Shown piece after piece: positions 21,342-35,313 of a DNA stretch of 64,000 bases. The DNA is from a bacterium. GTDB taxonomy: Bacteria; Ratteibacteria; UBA8468; B48-G9; JAFGKM01. The first letter of the stretch is position 1. Each line of letters starts with the position of its first letter. The notes below the pieces were generated by a model. That model made no database searches and was not told the DNA's origin. It was given only the letters and a program-made list of their open reading frames with translations. The translations under genes and the position numbers were made by a program. The stretch is taken from NCBI GenBank assembly GCA_026414725.1, contig JAOAIL010000002.1:24223-88222 (forward strand), given 5' to 3'.

Positions 21342-22494
21342 AATAAGCAAACGGCTTCAGAAACTTCCACCTTACTTATTTGCAGAAATAGATAGGAAAA
21401 AAAAGAAAATGATTTCAGAAGGTGTTGACATAATTGACTTTGGTATAGGAGACCCTGACCTGCCCACACCCCAAAATATAATAGATGCGATGAAAAAGGG
21501 TATTGAAAATCCATCTTTTCATAGATACCCATTGGGAAAAGGAACCCTGCTTTTTAGAAAAGCAATCGCTGATTTTTATAAAAAAAATTATGATGTAAAA
21601 CTTAATCCAGATGAAGAAATAACTGTATTGATAGGTTCCAAAGAAGGTATTGCCCATTTTCCCTGGGCATTTTTAAATCCAGGAGATATATCCCTTGTCC
21701 CGGAACCAGGATACCCTGTATATCACATCGGAACTATACTTGCAGAAGGAAAACCTTATTTCATACCACTGAAAGCAGAAAATAACTTTCTTCCGGAACT
21801 TGACAAAATACCTGAAAGTATCATTAAAAAAGCAAAGATTCTCTTCCTTAACTATCCTAATAATCCAACAGCTGCTTTTGCAGCAAAGGAATTTTTGATA
21901 GATACGATTAAATTCTGTAAAAAAAACGAACTGATACTTGTATATGATGCTGCTTATAGTGAGATATACTTTGAAAAAAAACCTGTGAGTTTTCTATCTT
22001 TACCAGGAGCAAAAGATATCGGGATAGAATTTCATTCTCTTTCAAAAACATACAATATGACCGGGTGGAGAATTGGCTGGGCTTGTGGAAATAGTAATCT
22101 TGTATCTGCACTTGCAAAAATAAAAGAAAATATTGATTCTGGAACCTTTGAGGCAATACAGTTCGCTGGAGTAGAGGCGCTTACAGGAAGTCAGAAAAGT
22201 GTCATAGAGTTAAGAAAGATATACAAAAACAGGATGAAGATACTGGTAAATGGTCTAAAAGAAACCGGTTTCGCAATCAAAATGCCAGAAGGAACTTTTT
22301 ACTGCTGGTTAAATATAGAAGAGAGATCTATAGAAACTGCCTCTTTTCTTCTTGAAAAAGCAGGAATAGTGGCAACCCCAGGAGTGGGTTTTGGTCCATC
22401 AGGAGAGGGATATTTAAGATTTTCAATAACAGTCCCTGAAGAAAAGATAAAAGAAGGGATAAGGAGGGTGAAAGAAATATGGGCAAAAAAGTAG
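21334..22494 (+). CDS. dapL: LL-diaminopimelate aminotransferase (class I aminotransferase)
   Basis: 386 aa. N-terminal KLPPYLFAEID typical of DapL, PLP lysine in SLSKTYNMTGWRIGW. Adjacent to dapB. Confidence 0.75.
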   Translation: MFEISKRLQKLPPYLFAEIDRKKKKMISEGVDIIDFGIGDPDLPTPQNIIDAMKKGIENPSFHRYPLGKGTLLFRKAIADFYKKNYDVKLNPDEEITVLIGSKEGIAHFPWAFLNPGDISLVPEPGYPVYHIGTILAEGKPYFIPLKAENNFLPELDKIPESIIKKAKILFLNYPNNPTAAFAAKEFLIDTIKFCKKNELILVYDAAYSEIYFEKKPVSFLSLPGAKDIGIEFHSLSKTYNMTGWRIGWACGNSNLVSALAKIKENIDSGTFEAIQFAGVEALTGSQKSVIELRKIYKNRMKILVNGLKETGFAIKMPEGTFYCWLNIEERSIETASFLLEKAGIVATPGVGFGPSGEGYLRFSITVPEEKIKEGIRRVKEIWAKK

Positions 22495-22937
22495 CGATTG
22501 TTCTCGGTAGCAAAAACGATATGGAGTATATTGAAGGGGCAAAGGATATTCTTACGGAATTTGGTATTCCATATGAGGTGATGGTAATGTCAGCGCATAG
22601 AACGTTAGATAAAGTAGTAGATTTTTCTCAAAAAGCAGAGGAGAATGGGTTTGGAGTCATTATCGCCTGCGCAGGGATGGCAGCACATCTTCCGGGTGTG
22701 ATTGCAGCAAAGACACACCTTCCGGTTATAGGGGTCCCTCTGCCTACAAGTGAAATCAGAGGGATAGATGCGCTTTTGGCAATAGTACAGATGCCCTCAG
22801 GAGTTCCTGTAGCCACAATGGCTATTGGAAGGTCAGGTGTAAAAAATGCGGCAATACTTTCAGCACAGATACTTGCATTAGAAGATACAGACCTAAAAAC
22901 AAAGTTAAAAAAATATAAAGAATCTCTTGGAAAGTAA
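22479..22937 (+). CDS. purE: N5-carboxyaminoimidazole ribonucleotide mutase
   Basis: 152 aa. VAIVLGSKND...AGMAAHLPGV PurE core. Confidence 0.85.
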   Translation: MGKKVAIVLGSKNDMEYIEGAKDILTEFGIPYEVMVMSAHRTLDKVVDFSQKAEENGFGVIIACAGMAAHLPGVIAAKTHLPVIGVPLPTSEIRGIDALLAIVQMPSGVPVATMAIGRSGVKNAAILSAQILALEDTDLKTKLKKYKESLGK

Positions 22938-23005
22938 ATAAACTACCAGGTATTGTTTAAAAAATACTTTTTGATATACATTTTACAATTTTTATTGTTT
23001 TTCAA

Positions 23006-23034
23006 TTGACGCCAGGAGGAAAAAAAATTATAAT
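23006..23034 (+). promoter_or_regulatory. sigma-70-type promoter: TTGACG, 17-nt spacer, TATAAT
   Basis: Perfect -10 hexamer and 5/6 -35 hexamer with a 17-nt spacer, about 50 nt upstream of the fba start (AAGGAGG RBS at 23067). Confidence 0.5.
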
Positions 23035-23085
23035 AAAACTTTTCAATTAAAATTGAAACTATTAAAAAGAAAAGGAGGTTAAAAA

Positions 23086-24057
23086 ATGGCAGTAAGTTAT
23101 AAAGAACTGGGGCTTGTCAATACAAGAGAACTATTTAAAAAAGCATTAGCAGGTGGTTATGCCATTCCTGGGTATAATTTCAATAATATGGAGCAACTAC
23201 AGGCAATTATTACTGCCTGTGCTGAATGTAATTCACCTGTGATACTCCAGATTTCTAAAGGTGCAAGGCAATATGCAAACCAGACACTTTTAAGGTATAT
23301 GGTTCCTGGAGCAATTGCTATGGCACGAGAAATGGGAAGTAATATACCCATTGCCTTAAATTTAGACCATGGAGATTCTTTTGAAATATGTAAAAGTTGT
23401 ATTGATTACGGTTTTTCAAATGTTATGATAGATGGCTCTGCACTTCCTTATGAAGAGAATGTTGCAGTTACTAAGAAAGTAGTTGAATATGCCCATGAAA
23501 GAGATGTAACTGTTGAAGGAGAATTAGGCGTACTTGCAGGTATAGAAGAACATGTCTCTTCTGAAGTAAGTCATTATACAGACCCAGAAGTTGTTGAGGA
23601 CTTTGTAACAAGAACAGGAGTAGATAGTTTAGCCATCTCCATTGGTACTTCACATGGTGCATATAAATTCAAAGTAAAACCGGGAGAATCAATCCCACCA
23701 TTAAGATTTGATATTCTTGAAGAATGTGCGAGACGACTTCCTGGATTTCCTATAGTACTACATGGTGCATCTTCTGTATTGCCTGAATACATAGAAATAA
23801 TTAATAAATATGGTGGAAAACTGGAAAACACAGCAGGTGTTCCAGAAGAACAAATAAAAAAAGCGGTTTCAATGAATGTCTGTAAGGTAAACATTGATTC
23901 TGATGGACGATTAGTAATGACAGCAATGATAAGAAAATATCTTGCTGAAAATCCTAAAGAATTTGACCCGAGAAAATATCTTGGTCCTGCGAGAGAAGAA
24001 TTGAAAAAGATGTATATTGAAAAATGTAAACTCCTCGGCAGTGCTGGCAGAGGATAA
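23086..24057 (+). CDS. fba: fructose-bisphosphate aldolase, class II
   Basis: 323 aa. Class II FBA motifs (PVILQ, LDHG, GTSHGAYKF). Confidence 0.9.
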   Translation: MAVSYKELGLVNTRELFKKALAGGYAIPGYNFNNMEQLQAIITACAECNSPVILQISKGARQYANQTLLRYMVPGAIAMAREMGSNIPIALNLDHGDSFEICKSCIDYGFSNVMIDGSALPYEENVAVTKKVVEYAHERDVTVEGELGVLAGIEEHVSSEVSHYTDPEVVEDFVTRTGVDSLAISIGTSHGAYKFKVKPGESIPPLRFDILEECARRLPGFPIVLHGASSVLPEYIEIINKYGGKLENTAGVPEEQIKKAVSMNVCKVNIDSDGRLVMTAMIRKYLAENPKEFDPRKYLGPAREELKKMYIEKCKLLGSAGRG

Positions 24058-24069
24058 ACATAACTAAAA

Positions 24070-25035
24070 ATGGAAAAGATAGGGGTTCTTACTACAGGGG
24101 GGGATGCTCCTGGAATGAACGCTGCTATAAGAGCAGTAGTAAGAACAGCATTAAGTTATAATCTTGAAATCGTAGGTATTGAAAAAGGGTTTAAGGGACT
24201 GTACGAAAAAAACTTTATAAAACTTACTTCAAGAAGTGTAAGTGGTATTATAAATAAAGCAGGGACTTTTCTAAAAACAATAAGATTTCCTGAGTTCAGA
24301 GAATATGAGATTAGAAAAATTTGTTATGAACATTTACAGGTTGAAGGTATTGAAGGACTTGTAGTAATAGGGGGAGATGGCTCTTCCAAAGGAGCATATT
24401 ATTTATCTATGGATTTTAATTTCCCTGTTGTTCTTATCCCTGCCTCTATAGACAATGATATTTTCGGGACTGACTATACCATTGGTTTTGATACTGCAGT
24501 CAATACTGCTGTCTCTGCTATTGATAATATAAGAGATACCGCCACAAGTCATAATAGAACATTTGTAGTTGAGGTAATGGGAAAAGAAAAAGGGAATCTT
24601 GCACTTGAAGTTGCACTTGCTTGCGGCGCTGAAATAGTATTGGTACCGGAAATTAAAATACCTTATGAAAAAGTAGTTCGTCTTCTCAAGGAACAGGAAG
24701 AAAAGGGAAAAGAAAGTTCTATTATTGTCCTTGCTGAAGGAGCGGGTAAGGCAGAAGAATTAACTGCTTATTTAAAAAAAGCACTCCCTGAAAGAGAAAT
24801 AAGATATTCTGTATTGGGATATATCCAGAGAGGTGGTACCCCAACATATCTTACCCGTACACTCGCTACAAGATTTGGAGTATCAGCAGTGAATCTTTTA
24901 ATGCAAAAAAAATATCCGTATATGATTGGAATTAAAGGGAATGAGATAGTGTATGTTCCACTAAAAGAAATAATCTCTACGCAGAAACCCATTTCAGAAG
25001 CATATTTAGAAATAATAAACAGAATGGCAATATAG
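24070..25035 (+). CDS. pfkA: ATP-dependent 6-phosphofructokinase
   Basis: 321 aa. TTGGDAPGMNAAIRAVV and GGDGS motifs. Confidence 0.9.
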   Translation: MEKIGVLTTGGDAPGMNAAIRAVVRTALSYNLEIVGIEKGFKGLYEKNFIKLTSRSVSGIINKAGTFLKTIRFPEFREYEIRKICYEHLQVEGIEGLVVIGGDGSSKGAYYLSMDFNFPVVLIPASIDNDIFGTDYTIGFDTAVNTAVSAIDNIRDTATSHNRTFVVEVMGKEKGNLALEVALACGAEIVLVPEIKIPYEKVVRLLKEQEEKGKESSIIVLAEGAGKAEELTAYLKKALPEREIRYSVLGYIQRGGTPTYLTRTLATRFGVSAVNLLMQKKYPYMIGIKGNEIVYVPLKEIISTQKPISEAYLEIINRMAI

Positions 25036-25044
25036 GGGGGAAAT

Positions 25045-26700
25045 ATGCGAAGTGATAACATAAAAAAAGGTCTTGAGAGAACACCACATCGTTCACTTTT
25101 AAAAGCAATAGGGTTAACTGATGAAGAAATAGAAAAACCTATAATTGCAGTTGCTAACTCTGCCAATGAAATTGTTCCAGGACATATCCATCTTAACAAA
25201 ATAGCAGAATCTGTAAAAGCAGGTATAAGGATGGCAGGAGGAACTCCCGTTGAATTTTCTACTATAGGTGTATGTGATGGAATAGCAATGGGCCATACAG
25301 GGATGAAATACAGTTTGGTCTCAAGAGAAATAATCGCTGATTCTGTTGAGATTATGCTTCAGGCACATCAATTTGATGGAGTTGTAATGATTGCTAACTG
25401 CGACAAAATCATCCCAGGTATGTTGATGGCTCTTTTAAGAGTGAATATACCAGGTCTTCTCGTAAGTGGTGGTCCTATGCTTTGTGGATTTTCCCCTTCA
25501 GGAGAAACAATAGACCTCATCTCTGTTTTTGAAGGTATTGGAAGATTTGTAAAAGGAGAGATAAATGAAAAAGAATTAAAAATTATAGAAGATATAGCGT
25601 GTCCCGGTGCAGGAAGTTGTTCGGGAATGTTCACTGCAAACTCTATGAACTGTCTCGCAGAAGCAATTGGGCTTGCTCTTCCAGGAAATGGAACTATACC
25701 AGCAGTAACATCAAAAAGGATACGACTTGCTAAATATGCTGGTATGAAAGTAATGGAATTAGTAAAAAAAGATATAAAGCCAAGAGATATAACAACTCTT
25801 GATGCTTTTAAAAATGCAATTGCAGTGGATATGGCAATAGGAGCATCAACAAATACAGTACTGCATCTTCCAGCGATAGCAAAAGAAGCAGGAATTACCC
25901 TTTCTCTAAATCTCTTTGATAAAATAAGTAGAAAAATCCCTAATATATGTAAAATATCTCCTGCTTCTAAACAGCATATTCAGGACCTTGATGCAGCAGG
26001 AGGCATACCTGCTGTAATGAAAGAACTTGCTTCCAATAATCTTTTAAATACAGAACTTCTAACTGTAAGTGGTAAAACGGTAAAAGAAATTGTACAGGAC
26101 GCTCAGATATTCAACAGAGACGTAATACGTAGTATTGAAAATCCATATTCATCTGAAGGCGGAATTGCAATTTTAAAAGGTACTCTTGCTCCCGAAGGAG
26201 CAGTAATTAAACAATCAGCAGTTTCAGAAAAAGCAATGAAATTTTCAGGACCAGCAATGGTCTATGATTCCGAAGAAGAGGCAATGAACGCAGTTATGAA
26301 AGGGAAGGTAAAAGAAGGTGTCCTTATTGTAAGATACGAGGGTCCCAGAGGAGGACCAGGAATGAGAGAAATGCTCTCCATTACATCTGTAATTTCAGGT
26401 AAAGGATTAGATGAAAAAGTTGCACTCCTTACTGATGGACGGTTCTCTGGTGGTTCAAGAGGACTCTGTGTAGGACATATAAGTCCTGAAGCTGCTTCTG
26501 GAGGACCTATAGGACTTGTAAAAAACGGAGATATAATTGAAATAGATATAAAAAATAGACGTCTTGAATTAAAAGTAAATAAAGAAGAATTAAAGAAACG
26601 AAAAGAAACATGGAAAGAGAAAACACAAAAACTTGAAGGTGTTCTTGCAAGATACAGAAAAAGTGTAAAATCTGCAAATACAGGAGCAATTCTTGATTAA
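25045..26700 (+). CDS. ilvD: dihydroxy-acid dehydratase
   Basis: 551 aa. IlvD/EDD family including CDKIIPG and the SGGS region. Confidence 0.9.
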   Translation: MRSDNIKKGLERTPHRSLLKAIGLTDEEIEKPIIAVANSANEIVPGHIHLNKIAESVKAGIRMAGGTPVEFSTIGVCDGIAMGHTGMKYSLVSREIIADSVEIMLQAHQFDGVVMIANCDKIIPGMLMALLRVNIPGLLVSGGPMLCGFSPSGETIDLISVFEGIGRFVKGEINEKELKIIEDIACPGAGSCSGMFTANSMNCLAEAIGLALPGNGTIPAVTSKRIRLAKYAGMKVMELVKKDIKPRDITTLDAFKNAIAVDMAIGASTNTVLHLPAIAKEAGITLSLNLFDKISRKIPNICKISPASKQHIQDLDAAGGIPAVMKELASNNLLNTELLTVSGKTVKEIVQDAQIFNRDVIRSIENPYSSEGGIAILKGTLAPEGAVIKQSAVSEKAMKFSGPAMVYDSEEEAMNAVMKGKVKEGVLIVRYEGPRGGPGMREMLSITSVISGKGLDEKVALLTDGRFSGGSRGLCVGHISPEAASGGPIGLVKNGDIIEIDIKNRRLELKVNKEELKKRKETWKEKTQKLEGVLARYRKSVKSANTGAILD

Positions 26701-26711
26701 ACGGGGGAAAA

Positions 26712-28001
26712 ATGCTTGAAAGAGAATCGGCATTAAAGGGAATTATCAGCAAAGGTGTTAGATATGTTGCAGGCAGAGAAAGAATAAATCCTGAAACGCT
26801 TGCAGAAAAAGTAGCAGAAGGCAAAGTTGTTATCTTAAAACACAGAAACACATATCTTGGAATTGGGGATTCTCTCAGAATAAAGATAAATGCTAACATA
26901 GGCACATCTCCTGATATAGTAGACATACATTCTGAAATCGAAAAATTAAAAGCTGCCTGTAAATATGGAGCTGATACTGTAATGGACCTTAGCACAGGTG
27001 GAGATATTGATAAGATAAGAAGTACTATTGTTGAAAGAAGTCCTGTCCCTATAGGAACAGTTCCTATCTACCAGGCAGCCATTGAATCCGTAGAAGAAAA
27101 AGGTGCCCTTATTAAAATGGATACTGAAAAACTTTTTGAAGTTATTGAAAGACATGCTGAAGATAAAATATCCTTTACCACACTTCACTGTGGGATTACC
27201 TTCAGAACACTTGAACGACTGAGAAAAAACCCGAGAAAAACAATGGTGGTGAGTAGAGGAGGAGCATTTCTTATAAGTTGGATGATTGCAAATGAAAAAG
27301 AGAATCCCCTCTATGAACATTTTGATAGAGTTCTCGAAATTGCCAGAAAGTACGATTTAATATTAAGTTTGGGTGATGGTATGAGACCAGGCGGTATTGT
27401 AGATGCAACTGACAGTTCTCAAATAGATGAACTCTTAACCCTCGGGGAGCTAACAAGGAGAGCATGGGACAATGGAGTTCAAGTAATTATAGAAGGACCT
27501 GGTCATATTCCACTCAATGAAATACCAGCAAATATCACCCTTCAGAAAAAGGTATGTAAAGGTGCTCCTTTTTATGTACTTGGTCCATTGGTTACGGATG
27601 TTACCCCAGGCTATGACCATATAACATCAGCGATTGGGGCAGCTGTTGCAGGGTGGTATGGTGCTGATTTTATATGCTACGTTACACCGAGTGAACATCT
27701 CGGACTTCCAGGGGTTGAAGACGTAATTGAAGGAACTATTGCAGCAAAAATTGCGGCACACAGTGCTGATATAGCAAGAGGACTAAAGGATTCTGTAGAA
27801 TGGGACTGTAAAATGTCACTCGCAAGAACACAGAGAAACTGGCAGGAAGAAAGGAAACTTTCTATAGACCCTGTTAAGTTTGATAGAATTCATAGGAGAT
27901 ACAAAACGACAGAAAAAGATGTATGTACTATGTGTGGCAAATATTGTGCTATTAAAACAGTAGAAAAGTATCTCGGAGTGAAGATTATTACCACCTGTTA
28001 A
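26712..28001 (+). CDS. thiC: phosphomethylpyrimidine synthase
   Basis: 429 aa. Radical-SAM ThiC with C-terminal CTMCGKYC cluster. Confidence 0.9.
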   Translation: MLERESALKGIISKGVRYVAGRERINPETLAEKVAEGKVVILKHRNTYLGIGDSLRIKINANIGTSPDIVDIHSEIEKLKAACKYGADTVMDLSTGGDIDKIRSTIVERSPVPIGTVPIYQAAIESVEEKGALIKMDTEKLFEVIERHAEDKISFTTLHCGITFRTLERLRKNPRKTMVVSRGGAFLISWMIANEKENPLYEHFDRVLEIARKYDLILSLGDGMRPGGIVDATDSSQIDELLTLGELTRRAWDNGVQVIIEGPGHIPLNEIPANITLQKKVCKGAPFYVLGPLVTDVTPGYDHITSAIGAAVAGWYGADFICYVTPSEHLGLPGVEDVIEGTIAAKIAAHSADIARGLKDSVEWDCKMSLARTQRNWQEERKLSIDPVKFDRIHRRYKTTEKDVCTMCGKYCAIKTVEKYLGVKIITTC

Positions 28002-28002
28002 A

Positions 28003-28497
28003 ATGAGAAGAATCAGAGTATACGGAGAAGATATCTTAAGGAAAATGGCAGAAAAAGTTAAAAATATAGATGAACAAACTATTAAATTAATAGAAAGTAT
28101 GAAAAAAACACTTCAAAAAGTACAGGGACTTGGTCTCGCTGCTCCTCAGATAGGTATTTCAAAAAGAATATTTATTGCTTTTGATAAAGAAACCAATAAA
28201 ATAATAACTGCTATAAATCCTGAAATAGTATGTATTTCAGAAGAAAAGGAAATTGATATAGAAGGATGTTTAAGTTTTCCTGAAATATATTTTTCAATAC
28301 CACGGGCGAAAAAGATAAAACTAAAAGCATTGAACGAGAAAGGGAAAGAATTTTTTATTGAGACAGAAGGACTCTTAGCAAGATGTTTTCAGCATGAAAT
28401 AGACCATCTGAATGGAAAGTTAATTATTGATTATGTCAACATAGAAGAAAAAAAACTCTGGCAGGAAAAATTAGATAAATTGCTTAAATCAGATTAA
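28003..28497 (+). CDS. def: peptide deformylase
   Basis: 164 aa. GLAAPQIG, EGCLSFP and HEIDHLNG motifs. Confidence 0.9.
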   Translation: MRRIRVYGEDILRKMAEKVKNIDEQTIKLIESMKKTLQKVQGLGLAAPQIGISKRIFIAFDKETNKIITAINPEIVCISEEKEIDIEGCLSFPEIYFSIPRAKKIKLKALNEKGKEFFIETEGLLARCFQHEIDHLNGKLIIDYVNIEEKKLWQEKLDKLLKSD

Positions 28498-28544
28498 AAG
28501 ATTAAAAATATATCTTACAATAATCTTATAATCTATAAAACATT

Positions 28545-31555
<3,011 letters not shown>

Positions 31556-31564
31556 TAAAGAATG

Positions 31565-31593
31565 TTGACATAGAAGTAACAATAGGGTTTAAT
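31565..31593 (+). promoter_or_regulatory. sigma-70-like promoter TTGACA, 17-nt spacer, TTTAAT
   Basis: Consensus -35 with 17-nt spacer and a 5/6 -10, 35 nt upstream of the SPFH gene. Confidence 0.4.
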
Positions 31594-31600
31594 AAAAAAA

Positions 31601-31615
31601 AGAGGATTCTCCTCT
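31601..31615 (+). promoter_or_regulatory. perfect palindrome AGAGGATTCTCCTCT in 5' leader (hairpin or operator)
   Basis: 6-bp arms with a 3-nt centre. Lies between the predicted -10 and the AAAGGAGG RBS (31616-31623). Confidence 0.35.
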
Positions 31616-31627
31616 AAAGGAGGTTTT

Positions 31628-32374
31628 ATGACAGGTGGAGTTTTAATAATAGGATTTGTGGTTTTTATTTTTTTAGTAAATGCTATAAAGATAGTAAATG
31701 AATATGAAAGAGGTGTTATATTTCGCCTCGGCCGGTTGATGGGTGCACGTGGACCAGGACTTTTCTTTATTATTCCCATTGTAGAAAAAATGGTAAAGGT
31801 AAGTTTAAGAACTGTAACATTTGATGTAACCCCTCAGGAAGTAATGACAAAAGATAACGTCCCCATAAAAATCAATGCTGTTGTATGGTTCAGAGTAATG
31901 GACCCTGCAAAAGCGGTTGTAACTGTAGAAAATTATCATCTTGCTACAATGCAATTAGCACAAACAACACTGAGAGGAATTGCAGGACAATTTGAATTAG
32001 ACCAGATACTATCCGAAAGAAACACAGTCAATCAACAACTTCAGCAGATAATAGATGAACAGACAGACCCATGGGGTATAAAGGTCAGTATCGTTGAAAT
32101 AAAGGAAGTGGAATTACCTGAAACAATGAAACGTTCTATGGCAAGACAGGCAGAGGTTGAAAGAGATAGACGCGCAAGGATTATCAATGCAGAAGGGGAA
32201 TATCAGGCATCTCAAAAACTTATGGAAGCGGCAAAAGTTCTCGCTTCTGAACCGATAGCCATACAGTTAAGATTTATGCAGACAGCAAGCGAAATTGCTG
32301 CAGAGAAAAACTCAACTATAATTTTCCCTCTTCCTGTAGAACTGTTGAAATTCTTTGAAAGCAATAAAAAATAA
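31628..32374 (+). CDS. SPFH/band-7 (stomatin/slipin-like) membrane protein
   Basis: 248 aa. N-terminal TM, SPFH domain, C-terminal coiled coil. Confidence 0.8.
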   Translation: MTGGVLIIGFVVFIFLVNAIKIVNEYERGVIFRLGRLMGARGPGLFFIIPIVEKMVKVSLRTVTFDVTPQEVMTKDNVPIKINAVVWFRVMDPAKAVVTVENYHLATMQLAQTTLRGIAGQFELDQILSERNTVNQQLQQIIDEQTDPWGIKVSIVEIKEVELPETMKRSMARQAEVERDRRARIINAEGEYQASQKLMEAAKVLASEPIAIQLRFMQTASEIAAEKNSTIIFPLPVELLKFFESNKK

Positions 32375-32384
32375 CCGGATTATT

Positions 32385-33263
32385 ATGACTGACTTTAAAA
32401 CTATTGGTATTGTGGGACTTGGTCTAATTGGGGGTTCTTTAGCACTGGAGATAAAAAAAAGAAAAATTGCGGAAAAAGTTATTGGATTCAGTAGAAAATA
32501 CTCAACTCTTGAAAAGGCAAAAGTAGATGGATTAATAGATGAGTATTTTGTGGATTTTGAGGAAGGAATAAAAAATGTTGACTTCCTGATAATATCCACA
32601 CCAATAAATGTCATTAAGGACTACTTCTTAAAAATAAAAAGAATTAATCCTGACATTCTGATTACAGATGTTGCAAGTGTAAAAAACAAGATAGTAAAAG
32701 ATGCCCTTGAAATTTTAGGTAAAAACTCAAATTTTGTTGGTTCTCATCCCATCGCTGGTTCTGATAGAAGTGGAATATCTGCTGTACAGGAAAATTTATT
32801 TGAAAATAAATTTGTTATTATAACTCCTTCAGATTATACAAAAGAAGAAAATATTTTAAGGGTTAAAAAATTCTGGACTGCTGTTGGTTCACAAACAATA
32901 ATACTTTCTCCAGAAGAACATGACAGATTACTTGCACTGACAAGTCATCTACCTCATTTTTTAGTTTACCTTTTACTATCACTTATGTATGAGCAAAACA
33001 TAGATGCTCTTTTACCCGGTATAGGAACAGGATTTTTAGATACTACACGAATTGGAAAGAGTTCTCCAGAACTATGGGCGGAGATATTTATTGCTAATAA
33101 AGAAAATATTTTAAACTATATCTCTATATTTGAGAATAACTTATCTGAAATGGTAGATATTCTAAAAAAAGACGATATACAAAAACTGACAGAGAAACTT
33201 TTAAGTTTTAAAAAAGTTAGGGATGAATTGGATGGAAAGAGACAAAATATTCAGAGGAATTAA
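32385..33263 (+). CDS. tyrA: prephenate/arogenate dehydrogenase
   Basis: Rossmann IGIVGLGLIGGS and SHPIAGS catalytic motif. ATG at 32385 preferred over the ORF-track TTG at 32355. Confidence 0.75.
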   Translation: MTDFKTIGIVGLGLIGGSLALEIKKRKIAEKVIGFSRKYSTLEKAKVDGLIDEYFVDFEEGIKNVDFLIISTPINVIKDYFLKIKRINPDILITDVASVKNKIVKDALEILGKNSNFVGSHPIAGSDRSGISAVQENLFENKFVIITPSDYTKEENILRVKKFWTAVGSQTIILSPEEHDRLLALTSHLPHFLVYLLLSLMYEQNIDALLPGIGTGFLDTTRIGKSSPELWAEIFIANKENILNYISIFENNLSEMVDILKKDDIQKLTEKLLSFKKVRDELDGKRQNIQRN

Positions 33264-34035
33264 AAAGATAGTTATAAAAATAGGAACAAATGTCTTAACC
33301 TCATCAAATAACCGTCTTGATTTATCTATCATTGAACACCTTGTTGAGCAGATATGCTATCTTATAAAAAATAAGAAAGTGAAGGTAATAATCGTAACAT
33401 CCGGTGCAATAGGAGCAGGTATGCAGATTCTCGGATGGAGAAAAAGGCCAAAAGAGATTTCTAAACTTCAGGCAGCTGCAAGCGTAGGACAGAGTAGGTT
33501 AATGAGGATATACGACAGATTATTCAGGGAAGAGGGAATAAATGTAGGGCAGATTTTACTTACGCGGGATGTCTTTACTGTACCTGTGAGAAAAAACAAT
33601 GCCAGGGAAACAATACAAAACCTACTCAAACTGAACGCTGTTCCCATTATCAACGAGAATGATAGTGTGGCTGTTGATGAAATAAAAGTTGGAGATAATG
33701 ATATCCTTTCTGCATATGTCGCTGACCTTATATCAGCAGATATGCTCATGATAATAACCGATGTTGATGGTTTAAGCTCTTTTGACCCAAAAGAAAAATC
33801 CAACAGTAAAGTTATAGATCTGATTACTAACATTTCTATGGCAGAAAAATTAGTAAAAAACAGCAACCCATCAGGATATGGAACAGGAGGGATGAAAAGT
33901 AAAGTTACAGCGGCAAAGTATGTTACAGAAAAAGGCATTTACTGTATTATATTAAATGGAAAGAAGTTGTGGAGTATAAAAAAGGCATTCAAAGGAGAAA
34001 AAATAGGGACGTTTTTTATTGCTAGACGTAATTAA
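33223..34035 (+). CDS. proB: glutamate 5-kinase (no PUA domain)
   Basis: 270 aa. Amino-acid-kinase-fold ProB, followed directly by proA. Confidence 0.85.
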   Translation: MNWMERDKIFRGIKKIVIKIGTNVLTSSNNRLDLSIIEHLVEQICYLIKNKKVKVIIVTSGAIGAGMQILGWRKRPKEISKLQAAASVGQSRLMRIYDRLFREEGINVGQILLTRDVFTVPVRKNNARETIQNLLKLNAVPIINENDSVAVDEIKVGDNDILSAYVADLISADMLMIITDVDGLSSFDPKEKSNSKVIDLITNISMAEKLVKNSNPSGYGTGGMKSKVTAAKYVTEKGIYCIILNGKKLWSIKKAFKGEKIGTFFIARRN

Positions 34036-34041
34036 TAAAAA

Positions 34042-35313
34042 ATGGAAAGGGTAAATATGGGATGGAAAGAAGAGACGCTTGAAAAAGTAAAAAAAGCTAA
34101 ATATTCCTCATTTAATGCATTAAACTATACATCTGCACAAAAAAATAAGTTTCTTGATACATTATCTATAAACATTTCCAGGAATCAGAAAAAGATACTA
34201 TCTGCCAATAGTAAAGATGTAGAAAACGCTTTAAAAAATAAATATTCTTCCGCTTTTATTGACCGACTTACCCTGACGGAAGAAAGAATCTCTAAAATTC
34301 TTAAAGGAATAGAAGTAGTTAGAAATCTACCAGACCCTGTAGGAGAAAAAATATCTAAAACAACAAGACCAAATGGATTGAAAATAGAAAAGATAAGAAC
34401 ACCTATAGGAGTTATAGGAATTATATATGAATCAAGACCGGATGTTACTATTGAAGCAGGTATATTATGTTTGAAATCAGGAAACTGCGTTATTTTAAAA
34501 GGTGGAAAGGAAGCAAGATATTCTAATAAAATTTTAGTATCATTAATGAAAAAAAGTTTAATAGAAACAGGTCTTTCCGAAGATATGGTTCATCTTATAA
34601 GTACAGGTGGAAGAAGAGCAGTAAAATTGCTGCTCTCTCTTAATAAATATATTGATTTAATTATCCCGAGAGGTGGAGAATCTCTTATTAGGACTGTTGT
34701 TGAAGAAAGTACTATACCTGTAATCAAACATTATAAAGGTGTATGTCATATCTATGTAGATAAGGACGTAGAAATAAATATGGCTCTGAAAGTATGTTAC
34801 AATGCAAAAGTCCAGAGACCTGCAACCTGTAATGCAATGGAGACGTTATTAGTACATAAAGATATCGCTCCTTCTTTCCTTCCTTTAATGGCAAAGATGT
34901 TCAGTGAAGCGAAAGTAGAAATGAGAGGATGTGAAAAAACATTAGAAATTTTACCAGATATACGTAAAGCAACAGAAGAAGATTGGTCTACAGAATATCT
35001 TGATTTGATAATCTCTATTAAAATAGTGGAATCACTTGATGAAGCAATAAACCATATAAATACATATGGAACAATGCATTCAGAAGCAATCATTACAAAC
35101 AATAAAGCGGCAGTAGATAAATTTTTTAAAGAAGTAGATGCAGCTGCACTCTTCCACAATGCTTCTACCAGATTTACTGATGGAGGAGAATTTGGCATGG
35201 GAGCAGAGATAGGTATAAGTACTGACAAAATCCATGCACGTGGTCCTATGGGACTGGTAGAACTTACTACCTATAAATATCTCATTTATGGTAATGGGCA
35301 AATCCGACAGTAA
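34042..35313 (+). CDS. proA: gamma-glutamyl phosphate reductase
   Basis: 423 aa. Aldehyde dehydrogenase-fold ProA with catalytic Cys region. Confidence 0.85.
   Translation: MERVNMGWKEETLEKVKKAKYSSFNALNYTSAQKNKFLDTLSINISRNQKKILSANSKDVENALKNKYSSAFIDRLTLTEERISKILKGIEVVRNLPDPVGEKISKTTRPNGLKIEKIRTPIGVIGIIYESRPDVTIEAGILCLKSGNCVILKGGKEARYSNKILVSLMKKSLIETGLSEDMVHLISTGGRRAVKLLLSLNKYIDLIIPRGGESLIRTVVEESTIPVIKHYKGVCHIYVDKDVEINMALKVCYNAKVQRPATCNAMETLLVHKDIAPSFLPLMAKMFSEAKVEMRGCEKTLEILPDIRKATEEDWSTEYLDLIISIKIVESLDEAINHINTYGTMHSEAIITNNKAAVDKFFKEVDAAALFHNASTRFTDGGEFGMGAEIGISTDKIHARGPMGLVELTTYKYLIYGNGQIRQ

Noticed and set aside
26507-26995. 162-aa minus-strand ORF across the ilvD/thiC junction
   Set aside because: Antisense to two conserved genes. 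Low-complexity Leu/Phe-rich product.
32355-32384. TTG start for tyrA overlapping the SPFH gene
   Set aside because: The downstream ATG at 32385 gives the canonical MTDFKTIGIVGLG N-terminus without an overlap.
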